A DNA stretch of 26,055 nt from a virus, in UHGV virus genome UHGV-0272533; one strand, written 5' to 3'. This document shows positions 8,054-17,740 of this stretch, one piece after another. The notes beneath the pieces are model-generated. The model did no database searches. It was not told the DNA's origin and saw only the letters and a program-made list of their open reading frames with translations. Position 1 is the stretch's first letter. Each line of letters starts with the position of its first letter. A program made the translations under genes and the position numbers.

Positions 8054-8809
8054 TCAGCTCCTGATAAGGGATGTACCGGGGAAGCCGCCGAACGGCAGCT
8101 CGTTGCTGTCTCCATGCCGGAGTTTGCAGGCCGTCAGCGTACCGTTGCATTCATCCCGCGAAGGATCGTCAACCGGATTATTGTGTTTATCGAAATAGAG
8201 CGTTCCGGCATAGTCGCAGCCGTCGCCGGTGCGGTACTTGTTCCGGATGCACCAGGAACACAGCGAATGCAGCTGCCGCGTCGGTATCATCCGGCCCTGT
8301 AAATCCATCGGACTGGAAAGCGTAAATTCAACAGCTTCATCCGTCTCGGTACTTCTGGCGTCGATATAAAAGACCTTCAGCTTTTCCTGTGACGGGTCTG
8401 CGGTGGGGTTGCCCTGCGGAAAATTTCTGGCGTCCAGATACTTAGCCAGCGTGTCGTGGATACTGACTTTCGCCTGCAGCAGATCGTCATACGCAAGACA
8501 GAGCGCTGAGATCGAGCTGTCCAGGTTCGCCACCGTCAATTTTGGCTGTGGGCTGGTACCGTCTGTGGTCGCCTCAATACCCTCCACCTGACATGGCCAG
8601 GCTTTATATTCCTCCCCCTGCCACCATATGGACTTCGCCGGAAGTTTATTCTCATCCCCGCCTGCGGCTTCAATCTCTTCCGGGGTGTGTGCGATATTGT
8701 GTGCGTGGAAGCGGAGCACATCTGACATACCGAACGCTGTACCATCGACAGAAAAAAGCCGGACTTCATTGCCCGGCTCAAGTTTTTGATAATCAGCATT
8801 AAGACTCAT
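8054..8809 (-). CDS. L: Tail tip protein L
   Basis: 251 aa; position and Cys-rich C-terminus consistent with lambda gpL; start overlaps the M stop. Confidence 0.85.
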   Translation of the reverse strand: MSLNADYQKLEPGNEVRLFSVDGTAFGMSDVLRFHAHNIAHTPEEIEAAGGDENKLPAKSIWWQGEEYKAWPCQVEGIEATTDGTSPQPKLTVANLDSSISALCLAYDDLLQAKVSIHDTLAKYLDARNFPQGNPTADPSQEKLKVFYIDARSTETDEAVEFTLSSPMDLQGRMIPTRQLHSLCSWCIRNKYRTGDGCDYAGTLYFDKHNNPVDDPSRDECNGTLTACKLRHGDSNELPFGGFPGTSLIRS

Positions 8810-9153
8810 GGTGCAAATGCCTGTTCAAACGTTGCGGTTACGGTTATCACTTTTACGTTTTTAACCACCTTTTTGAGCGTGTCAGCCTCGACACGCCACA
8901 GCGCGGTATCGCCGAAAGGCGGAGTGAAAATAAACGACTTCACTTTATGCCGCCGAAGGAAGGCATGAATTTCATTCGCTGTAGTCGGATCCCCTGAGAA
9001 GGAAAATTCATAGGTGCGAATTTCATCATTCAGACCTGAGCCGCTCACCTGTGCGTAACCGTCGCCGAACTGGACCTTCCTGACGGTGTCTTTGCTTCCC
9101 TCTGTGGGCTGGCTGGAGACCTTAATACCCCAGGAGAATGTTTCTATCGTCAT
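8806..9153 (-). CDS. M: Tail tip protein M
   Basis: 115 aa; KVQFGDGY motif comparable to lambda gpM (KVRFGDGY); immediately downstream of H. Confidence 0.8.
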   Translation of the reverse strand: MTIETFSWGIKVSSQPTEGSKDTVRKVQFGDGYAQVSGSGLNDEIRTYEFSFSGDPTTANEIHAFLRRHKVKSFIFTPPFGDTALWRVEADTLKKVVKNVKVITVTATFEQAFAP

Positions 9154-9158
9154 AACTG

Positions 9159-11675
9159 TTACCTGCGATTGTTCGCATTCCAGATAAGCCCACCGGGCTG
9201 GATTGCCCTGGCGATACCATCGTTGACAGATTTGTTAATCACCTGCTGATACGCCTTACCCAGCCTGTCTCCGTCATTTTGCTGCTGTGCGCCACCGGAG
9301 GCATTCTCGACGGTCACAGGCGCGTACACGCTCACCCCGAAAGGTGCTGCAGCGGGACCTGTGCCACTGCCCCCGACAAGCCCTCCTGTGGCGTACCCTT
9401 TCATCATCCGGTAAAGGTTGCCGACGCCGATCCGACTGGTAGCCTCTTTGGTGAAAACAAATTCGCCACGGTGAACGACACCTGCGGGTTCATATTTCCC
9501 ACCCGAACCGGTGAATCCCCCGCTGGCAAACCCCAGCGCCGTGGAGGCTGAATCTACCAGTCCGGTCATTGCCTGCTTCAGCAGAATTTGTGTCAGCATG
9601 GAGAGCGTGGAGCGGGTAAAGTCAGCCCAGTCAGCCTTTCCGCGTGTCAGCATGTCTGCCATATTCTGCCCGATGCCATCAAACGTACTGGTGGCAACCG
9701 ACTTCATCTGGCCATAAGCATCTGAAGCGGAATCAACATAATCTGCCCATGCGGATTTGGCCCCGGATTGCCAGTCGTCCCGCAGCTTATCCTGCTCGGC
9801 GTAATACGCCTGCAGCGCCTGCAGCTCATTCTGATAACCAGCGTCGTTCTCCGAACCGCCACCATTTTTCCAGCCCTGAAGAAGCTGGGCCTCCTCATTG
9901 CGGCGTTGTGCTGCACGACTGCTCATACCAGCACTTTCCGCAAGGGCTCGGGTTTTCTCGCCGATCTGCGTGACGTATTTTTGGGACGTATCCTGCAGGC
10001 GGTTAAGCCGCTCCTGCGCCACTATCTGATCGCCAAGCTTCGCGTTCAGCTCTGCACGGGAAAGCACCTCGCTTTTACTGGCCAGCAGGGATTTTTCCTC
10101 GGCAGAAAGCGTCCGGGTCTTCGCGGCTTCTTCCAGAACCGTAAACCGGGACTGTTGACGCCACAGCTCCTGACGCTGCTGGCTGATGGTGTCATTGATC
10201 CCCTTATGCTCCTGCAGGGTGCGCAGCTGTGCTTCCAGCTCCATCGTCTGGGCGCTGGCCGTATCGGTTGCACGGGTACCGGCAGGTGTCCTGACTGCAG
10301 GGGTTTTCTTCGGTTTTTTGAGGGTGTCTTCGTACTCTTTTTTCGCGGCGGCCAGGTTGATGTTGTAGTCAGCCTGGAGGATCCGCCCCTCTTTCAGAGC
10401 CTTATTGAGCTCGCTCTGCCTGGCCGTGTATTTCTCAAGGGCAGTTTGGGTTTTGGCATAGTTGGCCTGAGCCTGCGCGGCATATTTCTGACGATCGGAC
10501 TCTGCGACCGCTTCACGGGAAGCATTCTCTTCGTTCGCTTTGGCAATACCAGCCTGCTGCTGCGCCATATCCAGTGCCAGTCTGGCCGTTTCACGATCAT
10601 TCCAGAACCGGGCGCGGGCCTCATCATTCACATAATGATCGCCTTTACGCAGATTCCAGATTTCATCAGCCTTTTTAAACGCGGCCTGGGCTTTTGCCAC
10701 CATCTCCTGGGCGGTGTCAGGTCTGCCAATATCAAGTGCAGCATCCCACATCGACTTGAAGGCACGCTTCAGGGAATCCGCTGAAGACTCAATCGTCCCC
10801 ATATTGTCGCGGATGGCCTTGGTCTGATCGTTGAATCCGGCAGTAGCAGCCTGATTAGCCGCCTGCAGTGCGCCAGCCTCATCACCGGCACGCTGCAGCT
10901 GTGCCACATGGGCAATCTGTTCGGCCGTAACGTTGTGGAACTGCTGAGCCATCGCGATCAGGCCTGATGTAGGGTCAGTAGTGAGCTTGCCGTATGCGGC
11001 TGCGACTTTTTCCACCGGCACGCCGGAGGCATCAGTAAATCGCGCCACCGCCTGGCTCATTTCATCAAAGCGCGAACTCGCGCCCACCCCCGCGTTGATA
11101 AGCTCGCTCAGGGCTTCGCTGGTCTGATTGAACGTCAGCCCCGCTGCCTGGCCGTTTCGTGCCAGCGCCAACATACGATCGGCAGTCAATCCGGCCGTGT
11201 TCCCCGATAGTACCAGCGTTTTGTTGAAGTCAGATAGTGTGGATGAGCCCTGGTACCAGGCATAGAACAGCGTACCCGTTGCGGCGGACAGCGCACCGAT
11301 GCCGACCATCAACGGTGAGATCGTACCCAGTAAGGCCCGGAATGTTGGTATTATCCCGCCAAAGGAGTCCTTAACCTGACCGCCCTGCTGAAGCAGAATC
11401 AGCCATGGGTTCTGCCCGCCCGCTAGCTGCGTAGCTATATCGGTAAACTGCGCCGGAAGCATACGCATTGCTGCGTTATACTGGCCTATTGAAATACCCG
11501 CCTTGCGCGCGGCGTTCTCCTGGCGGCTAAAGGACTGCTGGATCCGTAGCGCTTCGTCGTTCGCCGCGCTGCCAGTCTGCTTTAATTCTTTTTTGACGTA
11601 GTTAAGCTGCTCGTTAAATTTCGTCGAGTTAACGTCAAGGTTAACGACCAGATCACCCACTGCCGTCTGGGCCAT
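9159..11675 (-). CDS. H: Tail tape measure protein H
   Basis: 838 aa; Ala/Gln-rich coiled-coil-like central region, Gly-rich C-terminus; position after G-T. Confidence 0.9.
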   Translation of the reverse strand: MAQTAVGDLVVNLDVNSTKFNEQLNYVKKELKQTGSAANDEALRIQQSFSRQENAARKAGISIGQYNAAMRMLPAQFTDIATQLAGGQNPWLILLQQGGQVKDSFGGIIPTFRALLGTISPLMVGIGALSAATGTLFYAWYQGSSTLSDFNKTLVLSGNTAGLTADRMLALARNGQAAGLTFNQTSEALSELINAGVGASSRFDEMSQAVARFTDASGVPVEKVAAAYGKLTTDPTSGLIAMAQQFHNVTAEQIAHVAQLQRAGDEAGALQAANQAATAGFNDQTKAIRDNMGTIESSADSLKRAFKSMWDAALDIGRPDTAQEMVAKAQAAFKKADEIWNLRKGDHYVNDEARARFWNDRETARLALDMAQQQAGIAKANEENASREAVAESDRQKYAAQAQANYAKTQTALEKYTARQSELNKALKEGRILQADYNINLAAAKKEYEDTLKKPKKTPAVRTPAGTRATDTASAQTMELEAQLRTLQEHKGINDTISQQRQELWRQQSRFTVLEEAAKTRTLSAEEKSLLASKSEVLSRAELNAKLGDQIVAQERLNRLQDTSQKYVTQIGEKTRALAESAGMSSRAAQRRNEEAQLLQGWKNGGGSENDAGYQNELQALQAYYAEQDKLRDDWQSGAKSAWADYVDSASDAYGQMKSVATSTFDGIGQNMADMLTRGKADWADFTRSTLSMLTQILLKQAMTGLVDSASTALGFASGGFTGSGGKYEPAGVVHRGEFVFTKEATSRIGVGNLYRMMKGYATGGLVGGSGTGPAAAPFGVSVYAPVTVENASGGAQQQNDGDRLGKAYQQVINKSVNDGIARAIQPGGLIWNANNRR

Positions 11676-12008
11676 AGCGCACGCCTCCTGAAATACCTGC
11701 AGCCTTCGCCATCAGCGTATCGTCATCCGGCTCATCAACGTCGATGCTTTCCGATACAGGGGAAAGGATGCTGAAACTGTCCGGTGTTAATTCCGGATCA
11801 GCAAAAAACAGGGTTGAGATGGTGTAGAGCAAACCGGAGAAATGAGCATCCAGCTGCGCATCATGAAAGTAATTGTCCTGGTAGAAGATTTTCCAGTCGC
11901 CGTATTCCGTTGAGGACATGCCAGCAAGCATGGCACGCCAGTCCGGGCGACCGAACTCACGCGCCAGTTTCATGGCAAACTTCAGCTCACTGGCGAGGGC
12001 TTTTCCGC
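11653..12008 (-). CDS. T: Tail assembly chaperone T frame, expected to be made only as a G-T fusion by -1 frameshift
   Basis: The -1 frame relative to G is open from just upstream of the G stop down to 11653. The T-frame stop constrains the shift site to about 12000..12018. Slippery-like run G-GAA-AAG at 12000..12006. Confidence 0.6.
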
Positions 12009-12404
12009 AGTAACAGGTTCAGCGGGTTCATTACGTTCTTCACCGGGCTCAGCCTGGTCATCAGTGACCGGCGCAATCATCCCGGACAGGAGTTTCACCT
12101 TATATTCGGCTTCGGCAACAAGTTCGGTCGGCCATGTCTGCATGACCTCATCCTGAATCTGCTCCACTTCCGCCGCCGCGTTTTCTCCCTGCGATCCTTT
12201 AAGCGCGTGGCCATGCCAGAGTGACATTGCCACCAGATATGCTCCACTCTTCACGGTAAGGGTAATGGCAGCCTGAAAATCACCAGCTTCAACCGCCTCA
12301 AGTTGTTTCAGGTATTCGAGGTATTCAATACGCTGCAGCGCCGACAGCTGGAACAATGTGACGCTGCTGCCGTTACTTTCAAGCAGCTCGCTCTTTAGAA
12401 ACAT
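11982..12404 (-). CDS. G: Tail assembly chaperone G
   Basis: 140 aa, same length as lambda gpG; ATG at 12404 with GGAG 6 nt upstream; similarity to lambda G (e.g. AMSLWH). Confidence 0.85.
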   Translation of the reverse strand: MFLKSELLESNGSSVTLFQLSALQRIEYLEYLKQLEAVEAGDFQAAITLTVKSGAYLVAMSLWHGHALKGSQGENAAAEVEQIQDEVMQTWPTELVAEAEYKVKLLSGMIAPVTDDQAEPGEERNEPAEPVTAEKPSPVS

Positions 12405-12440
12405 AATTACTCCGGGGGAACGGGGCTTTCGCCCCGGTTA

Positions 12441-13178
12441 TCAGGAAACAGTGACTTTGCAGATCGCCACAAAGTTACCGTCATTGCTCATTACGATGAT
12501 CTCGACGGTGCCTGCCGCCACGCCGGTAACAGTCAGGGTATTGCCGCTGACGGTGACCGTTGCTTTTGACGGATCAGAACTGGCTACGCGGAAAGACTTA
12601 TCTGAAGCACTTGCTGGCAGGACAGAAACAACCAGTTGCGTCGTGGCCGCGACAGCCACAGCCGCCGTGGATTTATCCAGGCTGATCCCCGTAACGGCAA
12701 TCGGCGCGGTACCACTGTCTTCGGCCAGCGATGGTTTGCCATTGTTGGTGATTTTTGCCGTGCGGGTCATGACCTCTTTAGACGAGATGGTCTTGCCGAG
12801 ACTGCTCACCCAGCCCTTAAAGACATCGACAACACCATTCGGATATTTGATTTTATACCCCTTCACGGTGCCTTCATCGAACCAGTTCACCAGGTCCTGC
12901 TGACCGGAATCCTCCGGCATCCATGCGAGCGTCAGGTTTGTTTCACCGGCTGATTTCTGCCCCTGCATCGTTGATGTCCAGTCGGCATTCTCATCATCGA
13001 TGTAGGTGTCATCTTCCGATTCAGCTGTCAGTTCTCCGGGCTGCAGGTCTTTAATCTTTGCCAGGCGCAGCCAGTCAACGTCTGAAAGCGGATTGGCGTA
13101 TGGATCACCAGTTCCGGTGTAAACCCAGAGGGTGGTACCAGCACCTTTTGTTGGTGCCAGCGGGTTTGGTGTGGCCAT
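12441..13178 (-). CDS. V: Major tail protein V (with C-terminal Ig-like domain)
   Basis: 245 aa; strong similarity to lambda gpV ([24 protein letters not shown]...). Confidence 0.9.
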   Translation of the reverse strand: MATPNPLAPTKGAGTTLWVYTGTGDPYANPLSDVDWLRLAKIKDLQPGELTAESEDDTYIDDENADWTSTMQGQKSAGETNLTLAWMPEDSGQQDLVNWFDEGTVKGYKIKYPNGVVDVFKGWVSSLGKTISSKEVMTRTAKITNNGKPSLAEDSGTAPIAVTGISLDKSTAAVAVAATTQLVVSVLPASASDKSFRVASSDPSKATVTVSGNTLTVTGVAAGTVEIIVMSNDGNFVAICKVTVS

Positions 13179-13185
13179 AGGGTCC

Positions 13186-13584
13186 TCACATGTCGTAAGT
13201 AATGGAATATTTCAGGTCGGCAGAACTCCACAGCGCCATATCGTCATCGCGCTGGTAGTCATAGCCCTGCTGAACCATTGTGGTGATAAGAGATTCAAGC
13301 CCCGGAACCTCTGCGAGAACCGGATACACTCTCGTCTCCATCCAGTCATCCAGATCAGAATCAGGTACCTGAGCCTCAAGAAAGACTTCGATATGCAGAA
13401 TGGCCTGCCAGCTATCGGCGTCCAGTTCTTCCCCTGTGTATTCCGCATCTGTCAGGTAGACGGCAACAGCGGGAAAATCACCCTCTTCGAGCACTGCAGG
13501 TCTGCCGTCAAAATAAATGACATCAGTACCAATCGCGCTTTCCAGCGCGTCAATAATCACCTTGCGAATATCGCTGTGTTTCAT
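13186..13584 (-). CDS. U: Tail terminator protein U
   Basis: 132 aa; similarity to lambda gpU (FDGRPAV...[18 protein letters not shown]); start overlaps the Z stop (ATGA). Confidence 0.85.
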   Translation of the reverse strand: MKHSDIRKVIIDALESAIGTDVIYFDGRPAVLEEGDFPAVAVYLTDAEYTGEELDADSWQAILHIEVFLEAQVPDSDLDDWMETRVYPVLAEVPGLESLITTMVQQGYDYQRDDDMALWSSADLKYSITYDM

Positions 13585-14135
13585 CGTGTCAGAATTAACC
13601 TGAGTTGGTTGGTAAGGGATGCCCGGAGCTCTTTGGGCATATCTGACTCCATGAGCTTCGGCAGTTCTTCTTTAAATGCCGTAGTTAATGGAGCTGCCAG
13701 CGGGATGCTGACCACTTCAATGGGGTAACGAGGTTTTGAAGTCCGCCTCATGACATGCCAGCGACCATTTTTAAGTTGCTGGATAAAGCCGCCCGGAAAA
13801 CGAAATGGCCCTATGCGCAGAACACTGTTGGCCCCTTTCTTGTCCCGTTTTCTGCGGGAAAGTCGCACGCTTGCGGTACCGAGTTTAATGGCCGGTAAAT
13901 TTCCCCGGTTTACCCGGATAAGTGCACGAGGTCTATTGACCGTCGCACGCTTCACCCTGGCGCGTTGCTTTACCAGTTTTCGCGGTACGCGCGTATCTTT
14001 TGATACGACTGCCACGCTGCGGCTGACGGCCCGGTTTGCCACGCGGTTAACGGCCTGCGCCGATGCCCGCGGAACAGCCGTTTTGCTGATGCTGTTAAGG
14101 TTTTCTATGGCCTGTTCAAGGCCTTTTATGGACAT
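13581..14135 (-). CDS. Z: Tail completion protein Z
   Basis: 184 aa; basic, Arg-rich; position between FII and U as in lambda. Confidence 0.8.
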   Translation of the reverse strand: MSIKGLEQAIENLNSISKTAVPRASAQAVNRVANRAVSRSVAVVSKDTRVPRKLVKQRARVKRATVNRPRALIRVNRGNLPAIKLGTASVRLSRRKRDKKGANSVLRIGPFRFPGGFIQQLKNGRWHVMRRTSKPRYPIEVVSIPLAAPLTTAFKEELPKLMESDMPKELRASLTNQLRLILTR

Positions 14136-14144
14136 ATGCGCTCC

Positions 14145-14498
14145 TTAACGGCGACGCGAAGATGCAGGTGGAGAGCCGTTACCCAGACAGATATGACAGG
14201 AGCCACAGTCATCCGGACCAATACGTTCAACCCAGAATTGCCGACCGTTAATCGTCAGCGTGTCCATACGCTGCAGCTGCCTGACAGTGGCGGTTTCCAC
14301 AAACAGGGTCGGGCTGGTTCCTTCAACACGAATCCCGGCACCGGCATATCCGATATTTTCTGGATCATCGAATACACCGACCAGGGTGGCACCTGACAAA
14401 GCGCCTGACATCACCTTTGCCTCTGTGCCCATCACACCACGGATAGCGCTATCAGCTCGCGACATAGCCTCGTCAAAGAGATTATCGAAATCAGCCAT
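14145..14498 (-). CDS. FII: Head-tail connector protein FII
   Basis: 117 aa, same length as lambda gpFII; N-terminus MADFDNLFD matches. Confidence 0.85.
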   Translation of the reverse strand: MADFDNLFDEAMSRADSAIRGVMGTEAKVMSGALSGATLVGVFDDPENIGYAGAGIRVEGTSPTLFVETATVRQLQRMDTLTINGRQFWVERIGPDDCGSCHICLGNGSPPASSRRR

Positions 14499-14508
14499 GT
14501 GGCCCCCT

Positions 14509-14916
14509 TCAGACTTCGAAAGCCAGCCCCTTTGCGATCAAGTCGTCGGCATCCTGTTCAGATACGCGGATAATCACACCAGGCTCTACGATAGATACCG
14601 GCTCGTTACGCGTGGCATGCAGAGCGTCAATATGCAGGGTGGCCAGCGTTTCTACTGATACCAGGTCACCCGTTGTGGCCGATTCCGTTTTTACTTTTGC
14701 CACGTTAGCAACATTGTTGTCGGTGCTGTCGGTGCTGTCGGAAGCATTCTGCACGCCGTTTTCACCGTCAACTGACCCGGCATTGCCATCCAGTTCCTCT
14801 TCAAGCTCAGCAATACGCATCGTCAGTTCCTGAATGGTGCCGCTGGTACTGACCTCGCGGTTAAGCTGGGTCCCAAGTTCATTCAGGCGGGCGACCAGCT
14901 TTTCTTTTTCTGTCAT
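14509..14916 (-). CDS. FI: DNA packaging protein FI
   Basis: Start chosen at internal ATG 14914..14916 (MTEKEKLVARL...) with GGAG 8 nt upstream. The longer ORF to 14952 lacks an RBS and would run into a stem-loop. Acidic middle region as in lambda FI. Confidence 0.7.
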   Translation of the reverse strand: MTEKEKLVARLNELGTQLNREVSTSGTIQELTMRIAELEEELDGNAGSVDGENGVQNASDSTDSTDNNVANVAKVKTESATTGDLVSVETLATLHIDALHATRNEPVSIVEPGVIIRVSEQDADDLIAKGLAFEV

Positions 14917-14961
14917 GGGAAATACTCCAGAAAGGTGGCCCGACAGGGCCACTGGGGGAAG

Positions 14962-15987
14962 TTATGCCAGTTTGACGGAGACGAATGCGTCAGGGTCTGG
15001 CAGCAGCATCAGCGGAGCTGACTGAATCATGGTGAATTCGCGCGCCGGATCCCCCGACTGCACCCAGTTTTTCGGGTAGCGTGTCGAGGCATTGATACCT
15101 TCGCGCTGGGCATCAGCATCAAGAATGCAGCCATAGGTACGCAGGCCACGAGCCTGGGTATTCCCCAGCACCATTGTCAGGTCCGGCAGATAATTCTTTT
15201 TGACGTCGTTTTCGACGTACTGGCCGGAGTACACCACGATGGCCACATCGCCAAACATCCCCTTGTATGAAACAGCCATACCCAGGTCTTTCACGGCAGT
15301 TTCCAGCTCAGAGTTAGAACCACGACGCGTATCCAGCTTCTTCTCAACAGCCTTGAAGGAACGGAACAGCGCCCAGCCTTTCGGATCGAACACAATGATG
15401 TTGACCACACCGCTGGCGTTGAGCGCGTAGGCTTCAATGTCATCGGTCGGGTCATACGTTTCTTTGTCGCGGGTTGACCATGCAGCCGCACCGGCCTGGA
15501 CAATGTTGTTACCAGCGCTGCGGCCCATATCGACTTCAACAGGCTCGAACGCTTCCCCGGTCATGGTGTATTTACCGCTGAGCACCGCCGAAACAGCCTG
15601 TTTCTCTTCGACCTGAGCAATCGCCAGCTCTTCATCCTTCATGTTCTGAAGGATAATGCGGCGACGGCGATAGACCGGGTCAGCGAGATTCTGCGGATCC
15701 TCATCCGGCAGGCGGCGGAGAGTCATCAGTGGGTTAACTTCGTGTTTCGGCTTCACATAACCCGGCGTGAATTCAGACGTGCTGCCGCCACGGGAGCGGA
15801 TCACTTTGCCGGAGACAATCGGCGAGACGTAAAGCGCCATATTGACCAGGCCAGGAATTTGCGACAGGTAAACCTTCTCTGTACTGAAGGGATAGGTTTC
15901 GCGGAAAAAGATACGCAGGAAAAGCGGATCGAATTTGAATTTCTTCTCATTGACCGCCAGCAGTTGGGCAGTGGTGTAAACGGACAT
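14962..15987 (-). CDS. E: Major capsid protein E
   Basis: 341 aa; near-collinear similarity to lambda gpE (MS.YTTAQLLA.NE.KFKFDPLFLR.FFRE.YPF.TEKVYLSQIPGLVNMALYVSPIVSG). Confidence 0.95.
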   Translation of the reverse strand: MSVYTTAQLLAVNEKKFKFDPLFLRIFFRETYPFSTEKVYLSQIPGLVNMALYVSPIVSGKVIRSRGGSTSEFTPGYVKPKHEVNPLMTLRRLPDEDPQNLADPVYRRRRIILQNMKDEELAIAQVEEKQAVSAVLSGKYTMTGEAFEPVEVDMGRSAGNNIVQAGAAAWSTRDKETYDPTDDIEAYALNASGVVNIIVFDPKGWALFRSFKAVEKKLDTRRGSNSELETAVKDLGMAVSYKGMFGDVAIVVYSGQYVENDVKKNYLPDLTMVLGNTQARGLRTYGCILDADAQREGINASTRYPKNWVQSGDPAREFTMIQSAPLMLLPDPDAFVSVKLA

Positions 15988-16000
15988 AGATTTTTCCCGT

Positions 16001-16024
16001 AAAAAAAGCCGCGCAAGCGGCTTT
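16001..16024 (-). terminator. Intrinsic terminator-like hairpin between D and E
   Basis: Minus strand: AGCCGC-UUGC-GCGGCU stem-loop followed by UUUUUUU, ending about 14 nt upstream of the E start. Confidence 0.45.
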
Positions 16025-16054
16025 TATGAATGATGATGGTTGTAGAAATGCGGA

Positions 16055-16387
16055 TTAAACGATGCTGATTGCAGTACCGGCGAACGCGTTACGTTTAATG
16101 TTGTCGTCGGTGACGGCAGATGGCCAGAGGACATCTTCAATACGGAAAGAGCCAGATTTGTAATATGCCAGTTCCGCGCTGTTCTGGTCTGCGGTTACAG
16201 CCAGGATGCCCATTGCCGCGCCAGCATGAGCACCATCCCAGACGGTCAGCTTGCCAGAAGTGGCATCCAGCATGAGCGGCGTCATGGCTGGAGTGGAAGC
16301 CGTCAGTTCGCCAGGACCATACGCAGTGTGCGCCGGGTCGCTGTTACCGAGCGGCTGGTTATGTGTGAAAACTTCAGTAATTGCCAT
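16055..16387 (-). CDS. D: Head decoration protein D
   Basis: 110 aa; similarity to lambda gpD (GNSDPAHTA...PAMTPLMLD...[10 protein letters not shown]). Confidence 0.9.
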   Translation of the reverse strand: MAITEVFTHNQPLGNSDPAHTAYGPGELTASTPAMTPLMLDATSGKLTVWDGAHAGAAMGILAVTADQNSAELAYYKSGSFRIEDVLWPSAVTDDNIKRNAFAGTAISIV

Positions 16388-16396
16388 GATAGCCTC

Positions 16397-17002
16397 TTAA
16401 ACGGGGGTGTTTAACAAATCGTCAGCGGCATCAGAAGATGCGCTACCTGCTGGGAGTGCACCGGGTGCTGTTTCCATCAAACGATCCAGCGCCGTATCGG
16501 TACGCGCCTGGGCACTTTGCGGTGCAGCAGCCAGAATGCGCTGTGCGCTCTCTACCGTCATACCCGGCGTTTCGGCCAGTGCTCGCGCCTGTGACTCACG
16601 CCCTTTAGCCTCATCGCAGTTCAGGATGCCCATGATGCGGCTATTCTCTGCAGCTACTGCTGCAGTAACCTGCGCACTGACATCTACAGGGGCCGCTACG
16701 GAAGCAATGGTCGTGTCAACGGTAGTGACCTGTTCAGCTGAGGCAGTTGTCTGAGTTGCTGCCTGGTCAACTGGCTTAGTGGTCACAGCTGAAGCAGAAG
16801 GTGATGGCATAGTTCCTCCAAGGGTTGTTTTTTTGCGTCTGTCGAGTGCTTCGCGCATCACGCCGAGCGCATCGGTATTGTTAACAAGTTCATCCGCCAG
16901 TCCGTTATCCAAAGACTCCTGGCCGGAGAATACTGCCGCTTCGGTGTCCAGCACGTCCTGAACAGACATGCCGGTATAAGCGGAAACCTTTTCGGCAAAC
17001 AT
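16397..17002 (-). CDS. nu3: Possible nested in-frame scaffold gene (Nu3-like), internal start in C
   Basis: Inference only. In lambda, Nu3 is translated in-frame from an internal Met of the C reading frame. The corresponding Met here is replaced (RIDATRQMF), so the candidate start is the next Met at 17000..17002. Confidence 0.3.
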   Translation of the reverse strand: MFAEKVSAYTGMSVQDVLDTEAAVFSGQESLDNGLADELVNNTDALGVMREALDRRKKTTLGGTMPSPSASAVTTKPVDQAATQTTASAEQVTTVDTTIASVAAPVDVSAQVTAAVAAENSRIMGILNCDEAKGRESQARALAETPGMTVESAQRILAAAPQSAQARTDTALDRLMETAPGALPAGSASSDAADDLLNTPV

Positions 17003-17740
17003 CTGACGAGTGGCATCGATACGCGTCTGGAAATCAGCACGCACATCTTTCGGAAGCTTTTCGTAAGGGTTGCCGTCGACCTTGCGATCGCCGCTGTAAA
17101 TCAGCGTGACCTCAACGCCGTTAGTTTTGAGCGCAGCGCCATAGTTGCTGTGCGCCATCATGACCCCAATGGAGCCGGTTCTGGCCGTTTGTGTGACCAG
17201 CCGTCGCGATGCCGAACTGGCTATAAGCTGCCCTGCACTGCAGTTCATGTCATTGGCCAGCGCCCAGATGGGTTTGATATCGCGCATACGGGCTATAATG
17301 TCGGCGCAGTCAAACGCCCCGGACACCATTCCACCCGGCGTATCCATATCCAGAAGAATGCCGTCAACGCCGGGGTCACTGATTGCCTGCTGCAGGCGAG
17401 CAATGATCCCGTTGTAACCCGTCATGCCGGAATAAGGCTGAAGCGCACGGGTTTTACTGACCAGCGTGCCGGAAACCGGCAAGACCGCGATACCATTTGC
17501 CACCTGATAGCTGCGTGATGGACGGGGATCCATGTCATCATCCTCACCAAACAGCGCCAGCGGTTCGGCTATTTGTCCGGCATCAAGCGTGATGCCAGAG
17601 ACGGTATCTGTCAGCCGGGTGATGCCCAACTGGCCAGCCAGCGCGCAAAAGAAAACCCGCGCATAGGCGGGTTCAAGCATCAGCGGCTCATTAAAGGCCA
17701 TACTGGCAATATGCGGAAGATTACGCAGCTCGTGCGCCAT
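16397..17740 (-). CDS. C: Head maturation protease C (ClpP/S49-like) with in-frame scaffold domain
   Basis: 447 aa; strong similarity to lambda gpC ([37 protein letters not shown]...); overlaps the B 3' end. Confidence 0.9.
   Translation of the reverse strand: MAHELRNLPHIASMAFNEPLMLEPAYARVFFCALAGQLGITRLTDTVSGITLDAGQIAEPLALFGEDDDMDPRPSRSYQVANGIAVLPVSGTLVSKTRALQPYSGMTGYNGIIARLQQAISDPGVDGILLDMDTPGGMVSGAFDCADIIARMRDIKPIWALANDMNCSAGQLIASSASRRLVTQTARTGSIGVMMAHSNYGAALKTNGVEVTLIYSGDRKVDGNPYEKLPKDVRADFQTRIDATRQMFAEKVSAYTGMSVQDVLDTEAAVFSGQESLDNGLADELVNNTDALGVMREALDRRKKTTLGGTMPSPSASAVTTKPVDQAATQTTASAEQVTTVDTTIASVAAPVDVSAQVTAAVAAENSRIMGILNCDEAKGRESQARALAETPGMTVESAQRILAAAPQSAQARTDTALDRLMETAPGALPAGSASSDAADDLLNTPV

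Noticed and set aside
9768-10784. 338-aa plus-strand ORF inside the tape measure gene H
   Set aside because: Antisense to H; the Leu/Gly/Arg-rich translation is what a long stop-free antisense frame of a GC-rich coiled-coil gene produces.
13132-13728. 198-aa plus-strand ORF overlapping U and Z
   Set aside because: Antisense to two lambda-like genes with strong matches; no independent support.
16407-16754. 115-aa plus-strand ORF inside C
   Set aside because: Antisense to the protease/scaffold gene; Ala/Ser-rich artefact.
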